This document shows positions 25,418 to 38,700 of a stretch of 64,000 bases of DNA, in pieces. The DNA lies in contig NMRA01000003.1 in the NCBI GenBank assembly GCA_002633005.1, positions 2,282,075 through 2,346,074 on the forward strand. The letters are read 5' to 3'. Position 1 is the first letter of the stretch, and the number at the start of each line of letters is the position of its first letter. The notes under the pieces were generated by a model that saw only the letters and a list, made by a program, of their open reading frames with translations, was not told where the DNA came from and made no database searches. The translations under genes were made by a program, and so were the position numbers. This DNA is from Phoronis australis. Taxonomy: Eukaryota; Animalia; Phoronida.

Positions 25418-26477
25418 GGAATAACAGCATAACAACAGGTTACATTAACTGTTTCTGTACACAAGATTGCACATTGATCAGACTGATTACATAAACATTC
25501 ATTAACAACAAACAGATTCTCCACCCTACCATCTCACAAAATAGATGTAGTTAACCAAAGATATCCATTGGAAGTTTCACCTGTAATGCACCATGTCACT
25601 AGCGCAGATATCATGAATTTACTACAGTGACATCAACACACAATAAAAATAAATATACACCCCCAGCATGACAATATTTTATGTACAAGTTCAAAACTTA
25701 TCGACAAGGAAGTTAAATTCAACTATAATTCTAGTTTGTTTCTAAAATCAACCACAAAAATGCATTCCTATTTCTGCCTCTCTGTAAAAATCAACTGGCA
25801 GAACTTTTGTATCTCTAACTTAACAAAAACTCTGCAATAGAGATAATAAAGCTTTGCAGCAGAGAAGAGCTTACTATCAAAATCTGTCAAACTAGAAAAG
25901 ATATCGAAGCACCCACAACACTATAAAGACCTATTTCCAATGTACTCAAATGTGAGATTCACTCATTAAAAACAGTGGGAAGAACAGACAGAGTAAAAAA
26001 TATGCAGTCTAGACTGAAAAAGGAATATCACAAATATCTCAACTTAATGTTCAGACACTGAAAATAGTGACAAAAATAAAATACAGAAAGTTACCGTATC
26101 CACTGAAATTTGTTGAAACAAATTTAATCCAACATTATATCCATGAACTAGATATCAGGCAATAGCAGGTCAATGTTTTTTTATTTCTATATTCAAGAGT
26201 TCAACTATGAAACACCACAAAGGCCCACATCACTAGGTAATTGCTCTGAGTACCAAATGGTAAACTAAACACTACAAATAAAAGTTCCTTTCTCCACACT
26301 ACCCCAATACTGAACACCAAACTATTCTCCAAGCTCCAACAATACCTGGCAATTGCAAATACTCCAAGAAGTTATTTAAAGCCTTAAAATAAAAAGTCCA
26401 TAAAACTGAACTGACACAGCAGAACTATTGATATAAGTGCCTCACAAGTTACTTTAGGATTATATATCAGATAGCCA

Positions 26478-26749
26478 TTAATCAGTACTTATGAGATCGC
26501 CTGTGAATGTAGCGCCTCCTGTTGATGGTGCAGACAAGTGGTCTGTGGATATATCTACGGGTTCATCATCGTCATCATCATCCTGCCCATCGTGAAACTG
26601 TTGGTCGCCGTATTTCTGAGTCAGTGTGCTGCGTGATAGATCAACCTCTATAGGGAAGACATCAGCCTCTTTCAACGACTGATGACAGTCATTGTGGTAG
26701 AGTGACATAGCATTGACCAGCCTCTGTAGTTGGTGTACAGTGTCTTGAA
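26478..26749 (-). CDS. PICK1: PICK1 last exon (VQDTVHQLQRL...VFPIEVDL...acidic tail, stop)
   Basis: cttcag acceptor; TAA at 26478-26480. Confidence 0.93.
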
Positions 26750-29700
26750 CTGAAGCAAGAAATCAACACCATGTCAAGATCAGCAACAGTGACAAACGTG
26801 TACCACATTGACATCAGCGCAAATCGTAACACGAATTCCACTTAGCATGCCACAAAACTTTTACTGGCAATCCCACAAGGAGGAATCTCGTATGGGATTA
26901 CCAGCACCAACACGGAAAGCAACTCAGAAGCTCATTTGACATAACTTTGCATGTCAACTTCAGAGTTTATTGTTTTACCCATGAAAATAGAGCAGAATAA
27001 TTAACAAGAAAAATGACTATAACACAGAATGATATTAGACAAGTATTAAGGAATGGTAATCAAACCTTTACCACACACCTCAGAACACTTACCATGGACT
27101 ACAGAGACCTCTTACCACTGGTGTGGAATCCTTACCACTCTCCACATAACACCAGACACCGTAAGAAGCCTTATGCTGAACTACATTACACAGGCACACT
27201 TGCCTAGCACCAAATAATTTTGCACTCAACAATGGCAGCGGTGAGGGTTCTTTACGTATGCATGGTTAGAGGTTTGTGGACAGCAGTAAAGGTTCTGCTT
27301 CATTTGTGAAGTTTATGATAGGTGGCAAGTGTTCTACTGTCAGCAAAAAAGTGTTCAATTACCCTGGAACTGAATGCCGAACCGATTTATGCTGCATTTA
27401 GAAATTTAACGTTGGTGACACAACCCATTCAAAACTTAATTCTGCTATGATTACCACATTGCCTGTCACTCAGTGGGAAATACAAAATTCAAGTATACAT
27501 GTTCGAAAATCCATGTCCATATTTAGGGCAGTTTGTATCTAAAGCTTTGGAATCAATGCACAGAAGTGGGACCAGAAGTCCAAAATAATTCGACTAATCT
27601 CACAAAAACTCTTCACATAGACAAAAGTAAGTCAAACTCATCAGAACAAAATTTTACTTCGTAACTCCGACGAGACAAATTTGGTTGTGGAGAACACTGC
27701 CCTGATTGGTGCAGCTTCACAAGCAGAATCAAGACGATTCTTGACATGGCTTTGTCATAAGATTAACAGGAAAGAACTTCCCCTACTTCAAACAAGAGCA
27801 ACGCAGAGTGTTGAAATGCGCCTACGAATACATCGCAAACGGTGAGCTTTTAGGGTTATTTATTTGTATCATAAAAATGGCTACAAGGTGGCGCAAAAAC
27901 GTGCAATCTATCCAAAAACGAGAACATGCCATATTTCATAAAAATCTGTCAAGGAACTTCAGAGAAACAATGGAAAACAGAATAAAATGAAATTGCCACT
28001 TGTGTGCACAGCATCTGTTGGATCCGCCTGAAAGTCATTGTTGTCTGTTGTTATCTTCATACACTTACTAAATTCAATAAGGATCCTGCAGTGGGTTTAG
28101 GAGATACAGCTATGGGCGCAAAACAAAACAAAACTACCACTAGGAGGTGCCACAATAGTCTGTCGCCATCATCAAACATCCTCTTCACACTGAGAACATG
28201 TACGCCAATTTTCAAAACCATCCCCAGAATGATTTGGTTGATAGAGGAGTGGATGCCAAAAACAAGATTTGAAAACAGGAGGATAGCGTCATCTCACCAA
28301 TAGATGCCTATATTCAAAATTTTATGAAAATGTGTTGAGGACCTTTGAAGATACAGAGGTAAACATAAAAAACTAAAATTGCCACTAGTAGTCAGATCTG
28401 TCCAAAAGTCGTCATCGTCCACTGTCAATTTGCTAAGTTAAGTAAAGATCCGGCAAACGAACAGGAGATACAGCCATGAGCGCAAAAAAAAAACAAAACT
28501 GCCACTAGGAGGTGCCACAGTAGTCGAAGTCGATGGAAAATCATCGTCAGCCGTCAACTTCATAGTAAGAACATACACGCCAATTTTCACAATCATCCTT
28601 TGAGCGGTTTGGTTGATAGAGCGGTGGATGCAAAAAAACAGACTCGAAAACAGTAAAAGCGGCCACTAGGTAGGGCAAACTACGTCGAATTCTTCCAAAA
28701 ATGGGAGGATAGCGTTGCCTTACTGATAGGTGCTTATATACCACATTTTATGAAAATCCGTTGAGGACCTTTGAAGATACAAAGATAAACATAAAAAACT
28801 AAAGTTGCCACTAGGGAGCACACCGGTAGTTGGATCCATCCAAAAGTTTGCTCATGCCGTCCCATTCATGGACAGAACGTATGCAAAATTTCATGAAGAT
28901 ACGTCAAGGCATTTTGGAGATAGAGCAGCTGACACCGGCCGGACGGATGGACGGAGATGATGGCATAATGCGTCCACATATAAATATGTGGGCGCATAAA
29001 AAGTGCAATTTGACACAGCACATGGGCTAATCACAAATTCTTTGACTGACACAATATCATCAATTTATATTATGCTTGCACCATACCATGCTTTTGGTCC
29101 AAGAGTTCCATCTTGACAAGAACATCAGATCTCAGTTTAGCAAACCTAACCCTGGCTTCTTGTCTACATCGCAGTATCAACCTTCAACAACAACAAACAT
29201 GCATTAATGCTAATTTTACAAATCCGCTGCTTATTCTTAACCAAAATTGTGCACTAAAACAACATCACAATGAAATTTTAAATTCATAGTTAGCAAGTAA
29301 AAATTAAATTAATTCTACACAAATGTTTCTGATTTTGCAATCCATCCAGAAATTGTGTTTGCAACATCGGTCACAATAAATTATATGTCAGCATTGGTAT
29401 CTTGTTTCTGATGCTATGTGACACACAATTACATGACTGTTACTCAAAAGTACACCTAATTTAAGAAAGACAGTAACATTATTTTGTATGCAGATTCTAG
29501 CTTGCCTTCTGTAACCAGGCTTCCTAAAACCACTTTGAGGTAGTGATGTAGCAACATTATTACTAAAATCTATTGGTCTATTTACACCAACCTCTAGCCA
29601 TTGACGTGATGTTTTGGTTGGTCATTTCATCATTCTGAAGATAGCCAGAGAAATGACCAACCAAAACATCGTGCCAAATGTAAATAGGCTAGACGTTGGT

Positions 29701-32700
29701 GTAAATAGACAAATAGATTTTAGAAATAATGTTCTGTAACCAGTATCAATGAGCAAGGACATTTTCAGTAATAAGTGCACTTGACTTCCTCACCCACAAC
29801 TGATGTAAGGCCTACCTGTATTCATAGTTGCCAGTCTCCACTCTGTAGAGAGGCTCCTGTAGGGTGGCATAGCTGTACTCTTCATCATCCATCTCCTTTA
29901 CTTTCAGACAGTATGACTGAAATGTACATGATAAGATTAACTACAGAGAACAGAAACCAACAAGACAACACAAATAACGTTTTTCAATGTGACGTGTCTA
30001 CACCAACTAGACGGCAATGTGATGGTCACAAAGATGATGTCAATACACAAGTCGACTGTAATAGGTCAAGAAAATGATAGAGGTTTCCCACGGGGGCATA
30101 AAATGTTTACTAATTACTTAGTGGTTGTGTGCAATAAAACGAAACAAAGCTATGTTGCACACAAGCACATGTATTTAACATATCTAAAACGCAGTTGGCT
30201 CATTTTAGCCCCTCTTTAAAATTGTCCATTATTTTTGAGAGGTGGTGTTAAGGACATGATTTCACAAATGAATCGAAAAGCTGGTTCATAGGATGAAAAG
30301 TGACTTTATACTCTTTAATCTGGGCAGAAATACTTATTACAGGCGAGACAAAACAATTCCAGTAGAAAAGACAATGTATGACAGGTTGCTCTAAACCATA
30401 ACACATGTGCAAAAACACAATGGAGTTGGGACCAAATGAAACTATAGCAACAGTATGAATCAGAGAGAGTACGTGTGGCTAATGTACATCATTTCAAACA
30501 AATTGCATATTTCTTAGTATTATATGTAAATCCAGGTGTAATTATTTGCTTTCTGGGTTATTTGTACAGAGTGGTATAGAAGTATTCTTCACTGAAACAA
30601 ATTGCGCAAAGGACAAGTAAAGCAGTATTGAAAACTAAACTGCTGATTGGTCAATTCCCTGCCACATTACAAGCATATCAATAGACCAATCATGTATTAA
30701 TTCAGAAGAGCAGGGATAGTAGTCAGAGCAATTCCCAGGACTACTCACCAAGTATTCAAATTTTGTATCCAAATATTTCTTGATAGTCAGCCTAGTATCT
30801 GGCACTGCCTTTAGTAGAAATGTGTTCAAGTCGCTGATCATCTGAGAATAAAAAAGAATGTCACACACTTCTATAAAAGACTGCAATGGGTTAAAAATTA
30901 TTGCATAGAAGCAAGGGTAAAGAAAAATCCACGAGTGCAACTCTAAATTCTAGCAATTATCCACAGTACTCCAGTCCCAAACAAACACACTGCAAATCCC
31001 CAGCACCAGAACCTTTAAACTTCACACAGTCTGGGAATTTGTTGTTTGCAGTCTACTGGTTCCGGACTGGAGTCAAGGTGCAATCGTGTGAGGAAGAATA
31101 AAGAGGGAAGTATTCAGCAATACATTATGAGGCACTCTTTAGACGCGACAAATGAATGTAAAACATGAATTGACGAGGATACCTCTATGACTATTCACCT
31201 CTAAATCAGGCACCACTACTGGAAACTTGCAGGTGAATTGAGTGAGATTAAGATTAAGATACAACTGAGCCTGTTTTCAAAGATCCAGTATCTACAACCC
31301 CAGACTATTTAAAGACAAAACAAGCTGAAGATGATTTAAATTGCCACAAACACTGGCTATTCACTTCAACCAGGACACAAAACAAAAGTGAAGAAATTCA
31401 AATGCTAAGGTTATGTAGCACCCCACACAAACAAACAGATGATTGGATTCAAATGAAACTTTCACATACTATGCTTTATGCTAAATTCTCCAAAATGCTG
31501 TTAGCAATCATTTTTAAAATGACCCACTTCTACAAGATGGCCTATCAAAGGTCTTACATGACTTTTATGAAAAAAATCAAGTTGCATAAAATAAAAATGA
31601 AGTAATCTAGTAATTTGTAACAGCATTTATGAGATTCCCACTTGGCCACTTTTATTAAGCTAAGTTGAGTCATCCTCAGAAGCTATTATTTTGCTATGAA
31701 TGCAACTCGTTAATTTCCGTGTTTTTGTTAAAAAGACGTGGTTGTGTCACCCAATGGAAAATAACTATAAAGTCAAAATTCAAATTCTAGAGTCTTTCTA
31801 CTTTCAGAAATACTTTACTGAGTTTTTAGTTTTGTAGATATTTTAATTGGTTGAACGCATACTTGCCAGCCAATAAGGTCTTATAACCGAATACACTATA
31901 GCAGAACTTCGTGAATTCTTTTGACAGATGCAAAATCAAAACAAACCAACACATGAGCGACAAGACTTAGCAAACTCCCCAACTCTGTATTTACCGGCTT
32001 ACAAGTACGGACACAACGAATGGCAAACTTTTCAATGTTTCTGTGGGCTTCTCCAAACTTCGAGAAAGCTTGGCTGGCTGACGGCTGCGGTTCGCGGCAT
32101 CCTATACTGGCGAACACCTCACCAAATGCTAAAAATAAAGTAACAATAATCACAGCTCATAATAATCGCAGACATTTTTTCCCAGAGCGACACATTTTAG
32201 CAGATTGAGAGCAGGCTGTGTTGTCATGCTACAAAACACTATCAAAAATGTGGTACTATGCCACCACTAATGAATGACTGAATATTGCAATGACAATAAC
32301 TATGTCATATTCTATAATTCTATATTGGTAGTCAGTCATGAAACACAAGTCAATCAGTAGTGTGATCATGTGTGACATCATCAGACTCACAAGAAACTAG
32401 CCTTACGTAATGCACCTCAGAAATTAACACGATCAGGGATATTTACGAACTTCCAAGTTTTACCAATTTTCTAACTGCAACACCTACAAACCTCTGTGAG
32501 TTTGCGACAAGTCAAAGAATGACTTGAGTAATTTCTTGCTGTGGTCAGCCAGCCCTTTGTACATCTCAGCTGTTTTTTCCAATTCTTCAAGTTTTTTTAC
32601 AAGACCATCTGAAATAAAACGAAGGTATTTTGTACCTTTACAACAAGCGTGAAGTTACAATAATTATACCGGTAAGCTGCTTGAAGTTGAATGGCAAAGA

Positions 32701-35700
32701 AAATACATTGATCTTAAACTTGTGATTTCTTCATACATGTTTGTATTACATGTACAGCACTGCACAAAGTTCTACTAACACTAAATTGGTATACTGTCCT
32801 ATTGATAAACATACACAACAATAATCAGGTTATAAGGTAAAAGTATAGGACAAACATCCTTCACTCTTAATACACAGAAGAATGCGACACACACGTCCCA
32901 TAAGCCACACTGAACCAACTAGACTAATACTGCTTCATATTCATCAAAAACCTAATACCAACTGTGACACAAACACAAACGAGATGAACATCTTACCCAT
33001 TTCAACACTATTTTTTTTTCAAAATCAGTACAATTTAATGACATATTTTTATCTTATTTCTTTAATTTTTGGACTTTAAAATCCTAACACAAATGCCTTT
33101 TGAATTGAACTTTACAGAATGACATTTTATGTAGAAAATGTTTTAAAAAACATTTGCTACAAGTTAAGGATTAGTTTTCAAGCACACAAAATTACATGCG
33201 AAACAAAGCACAAAGACCCAATACACATAACTTACCATTACACAACATTGCCCTACTCAGGCCCAATACACATAACTTACCATTTCACAATATTGCCCTA
33301 CTCAGGCTCAATATACATAACTTACCATTACACAATATTGCCCTACTCAGTCCCAATGCGTCAGCTGTTCCAGAGTTCATATTTTCTACAATTTTGTGCT
33401 TGACTTTTTTCAACACTGGAATAAAAAAAGTGTTAAACATTAAGAGCACAGTATATAACAATTATTGAAGGAAAGTAGTAGCATTGATCACAGTTCAAAT
33501 AAATAATCTATACAGTCATTGTACTACCGTATTCGCCCTAATAAGCGCCCATGCCCCTATAAGCGCCCCCCACGCGTTTTCAGACTTTGCTAAAATAAGC
33601 ACCCAGTCCATGCGAAAAATGCCTTACCTACAGTTCTAAAATTCTACAGTAACGCCTTCAATTTATCAGTAAGATCCGACAGTCCTGAAAAAATCATTGT
33701 GGGCGGAATTTGTAGACCACGAGCCTCGCCGCTATGTTGGTATTTAGCTGTGACTATACATTTCAAACTTCCGCCGTACTTCAAAAAGAATGCAAGCACA
33801 AATCGAAGACTAATAAAAACTTGACCTTTGTTCAGTTAAAAGTATGTGGCCAGGAAGCACGTGCTACATTCAAGAAGATTAGTCTTTGGGAATCATCCAT
33901 TCATGAAACGGGTAGCATAGCATCAGCAAGAAATAAATACTGGCACTTAATACCAAAATTTTCTAATACCGTAAAAAACGTTTGCATTATTTTAAAGGGG
34001 GAATTATTAAATTAGTCGTAATTGGTGTTTTTAAAGTCAAAATGACCCACTATAGTGAACAATTCCGCACTCTTACACCCCCTAAATCTCCCGAAAAATA
34101 ACTGTTAGACTGTCATGCATCTAGTTACCCCCCGACTCAATGACATCGGCCTTACCGAGACAATTCTCGAACGTGGAATGTTTTTTAACAGATGAGATCA
34201 ACAAGTGCTAAATAAAACATGTTCTGCTTTACTGCCTGTGTTAATTTTCTTAGTTACAATAATACCTAGATTGTTACATCGCGTTTACTCTCACTGGCAA
34301 ATGAACTCTGATGACACGCACGTGCTCGCATCACGTGACAACATGTGTGTTCATCCAAAGATTTTTCCCGTGTTACGGAGTACGACCTAGCGCAAATTGT
34401 TAATCATGACTCCACAGGGACTTAAAAATCTAAGGGATGCTATTTTGAAAACTTAGGGAGCACTTCAGGTAATTTGTCAATTTGAAACTATATTTTACTC
34501 AAGAATTCAAGTTGACCTATCGGCGATCGCGAGGCAACTACGCATCAGTCGGCGAGTTTTCGCACTGGGATTTTCTGAAAAATGCTCGTAATTTAACAAT
34601 AAAGTTTGATAGCAATGCACTGCAGTTTTGTAGAAACTCTGTTATAGGTTACAGATGAGTCACAGAGCGTAAATTTGATGAATTCTAGCTTACGATTTCA
34701 TCTTTCGAAGACCGGGTTTTGACCACTTTTGGGCTATACTAAGCACCCCGCCCTTCTTGAAGTGAATTTTTCTAAGCGCCCTGGGCGCTTATTAGGGCGA
34801 ATACGATACTAAAAATATCAAAAACAGAATCAGTAGACAAGCTCAAGGGCAAAACTTAAAATATTGAAGACATTGGATATGTTACCTACCTATGTCTAAA
34901 CTTTTCCCTTGCTTGGGATCAGCGTGTAGTTTATTATAGTTGATGGTGACAGCCCCCTGAAATGAAACCAGTAATAACTACATACCATTAAAAGTAAACT
35001 ACTGTTTTTAGTATTTTATTCATAAGTTTTCCAGGATGGCTAAATTATGACCTAGCAATACAAAAAATATTTAAATGCAAAAATTCTTGATAAAGGTAAG
35101 TGTCAACCATCGCGGATTTTGTTAAAAAAATGCAACATCCAAATATTATGTAAAATTATTCAAACCTTTAAATCCACAGCATTACTTTACAAGCATTATT
35201 TATGTGACAAATGTGACAATAGATTAGGAAAACTTCCATTCATTTCAATTACGTGGAAATTTTCACAAGCCATTTTCAGGCTTTTAAATTGTGTCATTTT
35301 AGTAATTTTGAATGTCGGTTTCTCTTTAGTGCGGATATCTCGGAGTTAAATAAAAAATCCCCACGATTTCTTGTAAAAACAAATAAAGTTCAAACACACA
35401 GTTGCAGCTTGTTTACCGCATGTTTTTAAAAATTCATGTTCAAAGCAAACGTGGCAATTCATGAAGGTTGACAAATGTCTTTGTTTCTGAACTGATTTAC
35501 TTTTCATCAAACAACTTTGGTTCATGTCCAATAAATTGAAACAAACGAGATCTTAAAAGCCATGAAGAAATTTAAGTTCACAAAACCTAAAATCATGAAA
35601 ACCTTATGGTTGGTAAATTACACACTAAAAATATTTGAAAAGTAATTTCACAGCTTGTAGGCTAAAGTTAATAAGTTTCAATGCATGTCACGACAAAATC

Positions 35701-38700
35701 GACAAGTGCCAGGATGAAATGCTTTGCAAGTTTACAATTTAGAAGAACTAGCAACATCCAATGCAAAATTTTGTTAGATATGAATGATCAAGATGAAATA
35801 TCAAAACGCTTTTACAGTTTTAGAAATTATCATTTCGTTTTCGTTTTAAGGAACTTTTGAGCTATTTTGAAAGAATCATAAAAGTCCTATTTTCAGAGCA
35901 TTTGCTAGAAAATTGTTTCACTTTAAGAACAATTCCTGGCAGCGTTTTAGAAAACAGAGCATAAAGCATGGTATCTGTTCCATTAGAATCCAATTAGCCA
36001 TTTCTAGGATGTGATGTTCTGACATTAGACAAATATGCGTTCTTGCCAGGGTCCTAACAACAATAGTAATAAGCCATGTAAATGCAACGAGTACAAATTA
36101 TGTTCAGCCTTATGACCTTTGACAAAACGAACCCCAGGAATCTCAGTTCAGTTGGCTGTGGGCAAAATCCAAACATCGCGCCACTGTGCATCGCATCCAC
36201 AACGTAATCAATGTGTTAATTCACAGAAACAACCCAGATTACACAGTCATGGTGTATAATTGCAGAGAATGTCACTGGCATTTCTACACCAAAAGGTTAA
36301 GAACAAGTACCGTCAATAATTCATCTTCCCATATATTTTAAATGAAACTATAGCGAAGCATAGCCTTGATGCATACCCAGCGGAGATACAAGGGATGATC
36401 ATTATTTGAAACATTCCCACTAAATGGAACAATACTGGTAAACTTAATAATAGACTTCAGGGGGTGCAAAGCAAGTCAGAAATGCTCTTCACTTGGAATA
36501 CATGTGGCATAATGCACCTACATGTGTGTGGACAAATTTCTCTGGCTTTTCCAGCATAGCTAAAGATTTTTAAACACGGTTCAGAGCCATGTTTGAATAA
36601 GTGAAGAGAGAGCCCCCCCCCAGTCCCAAGCATGGGTCTATACTTAACTACATCAACACACCTTGATACCCTGGATCATTCTGGCCACCTCTACTTTAGT
36701 TCGACCTTTGACTGAGGTTCCATTGACTCCCACTAGCTCGTCCCCAGAGGCCAATGTCGCGTCCTTGGCAGCCGGTGTGTTGTCAAAAATCTGCACCACA
36801 TACAGACACGGACATAGTGGGGCACCACCTCCAATACTGATACCTATCAGATTCTGTGTGTCTTTCTGTAAGGACACACTACCACTGGTCACCTTCATAC
36901 CCCTGCAAACAGAGCAAAATTACAAATTAACACGGCCAAATTTCATCAAAGTTACGACAAAAACCCGGACAAAAAAAAAAGCAAAACTAAATTATTTGAA
37001 CATCAGCCAGAAATGTTGATTTGAAATTTTCTCAGTTTTCGACAGGAACAAAAGTTGTAATTTCTTTAACACAGCATACTGTATATAGTTGAACCAGGAG
37101 AATGCGAGAGTTCTTCGAACTGATTACTTGATCCAACAAGCTAAAATGAAAATTACAGTGAACTCAAAAACATATATTTAAGCGGAACCAACCTTGAGGC
37201 AGAACAGCAGATGTTGATTTTATTTTTAATTGAAAAAAATTGTTATAGGACACTGTAGACCATGCCTCATGTATTCCAGACATCACTAGCAGCCTTGAGT
37301 ACAATACAAGGCTCGGCATAAGCAAGTAAACACTCAAAAATACGAGTGGAAAAAGTAAAATATGACTTGACCCTACTAACACGGATGTTTGTTTTGTTTT
37401 TTTGTTCGCCACTTTTTATGATCCCAAATTCAGGAATATGAGTGACAAATATGCCATCGAATATTTTTGAGCAGACATTTACGCCTATGTCGAGTGCTGC
37501 AATAAGATGACCACGTTCTTCATACGTTAAAGGAATATTTTGTACTCACTAGCAAGCATACATTCGGTTTACACTCGATCACACAAAAAGATCACGAATC
37601 TTCTCATACCACGACACAAAATAAGTCCAGACCCCTAGCAGATCATTCAGAGCATCAGCAAGTAAAGAATAAAACAATTTCATGTTTAATCTGGAATAGC
37701 ATGGAAATGTGCCTTTAAAATCATTTTTATTAAACCAATATATATAACATGACAATCCTTATGAAAAATACAATACCTAAATGCCAAAACAGGTCCCTAC
37801 ACATTCACAACCACTGGGTTCAATGCCCAACAGGGAAGGACCTGTGATGAAGTCCTCACTACCACTGCTTATCACAGGTATGACCGACACAGCCATTAAA
37901 GAACTAGAAGTCCCCTAGCTGCACAACACAGCATACAACAAAGATACCAATATGCTGGATAGCAAACATACAGTGAATTAATCAGTTTAGTTAAAGCTTG
38001 AACACTGTTGTAGATAAGTGCTTTGTTTTTATGGGCACTCGGGAATCTTTATTAATAACTCTCACAAGCTCTTTTTAATTTTTTTGTGGCGCTAATGACA
38101 ACACTACACTTTACATCATATTAAATCATTGTTTGCGCATGTACGCATTGCCCATGACTTGAGTTGGTAACGGAAATGGAATCCCATTGCAGCAAGGAAT
38201 TCATGAGACCAAGAGTGATAACCTTTAAATTGATTTTAAAAGTTATAACCGCTTTGGTGTGAACAGGGTATATCATGCAATACTATCATAAAAACCACAT
38301 GACTTGGGCAGCCAAATAAGTCATCACAGTGTCACTTTCATAAGTGTTAGGACTTCGTGTATCATTTATTGAATGAGTGGAGCCAAAACACCAATGTTCT
38401 AATGCCAAACATTTTATTACAACCTTTGTAAATGTTCACAGAATGCAGTACCATCCATAATGTTTTAAAAATCTACCACAAGTGCATTATCCAATACACA
38501 CATGACCAGTATGTACAACACATAGGGAACTAATAGGAATGAGCCAGTAGACAATGTTACATTAATACATTAAATGTCTTTCTTCCAGCAGTTATGCCAC
38601 GTTTATCAGAGCAACCCACATAACCTAGATCAATACTTTAAAAGGGCTGCCATGCTATTTAGAGAGGACACTTGTTGAATGTGATAGTATATAAATAGAG

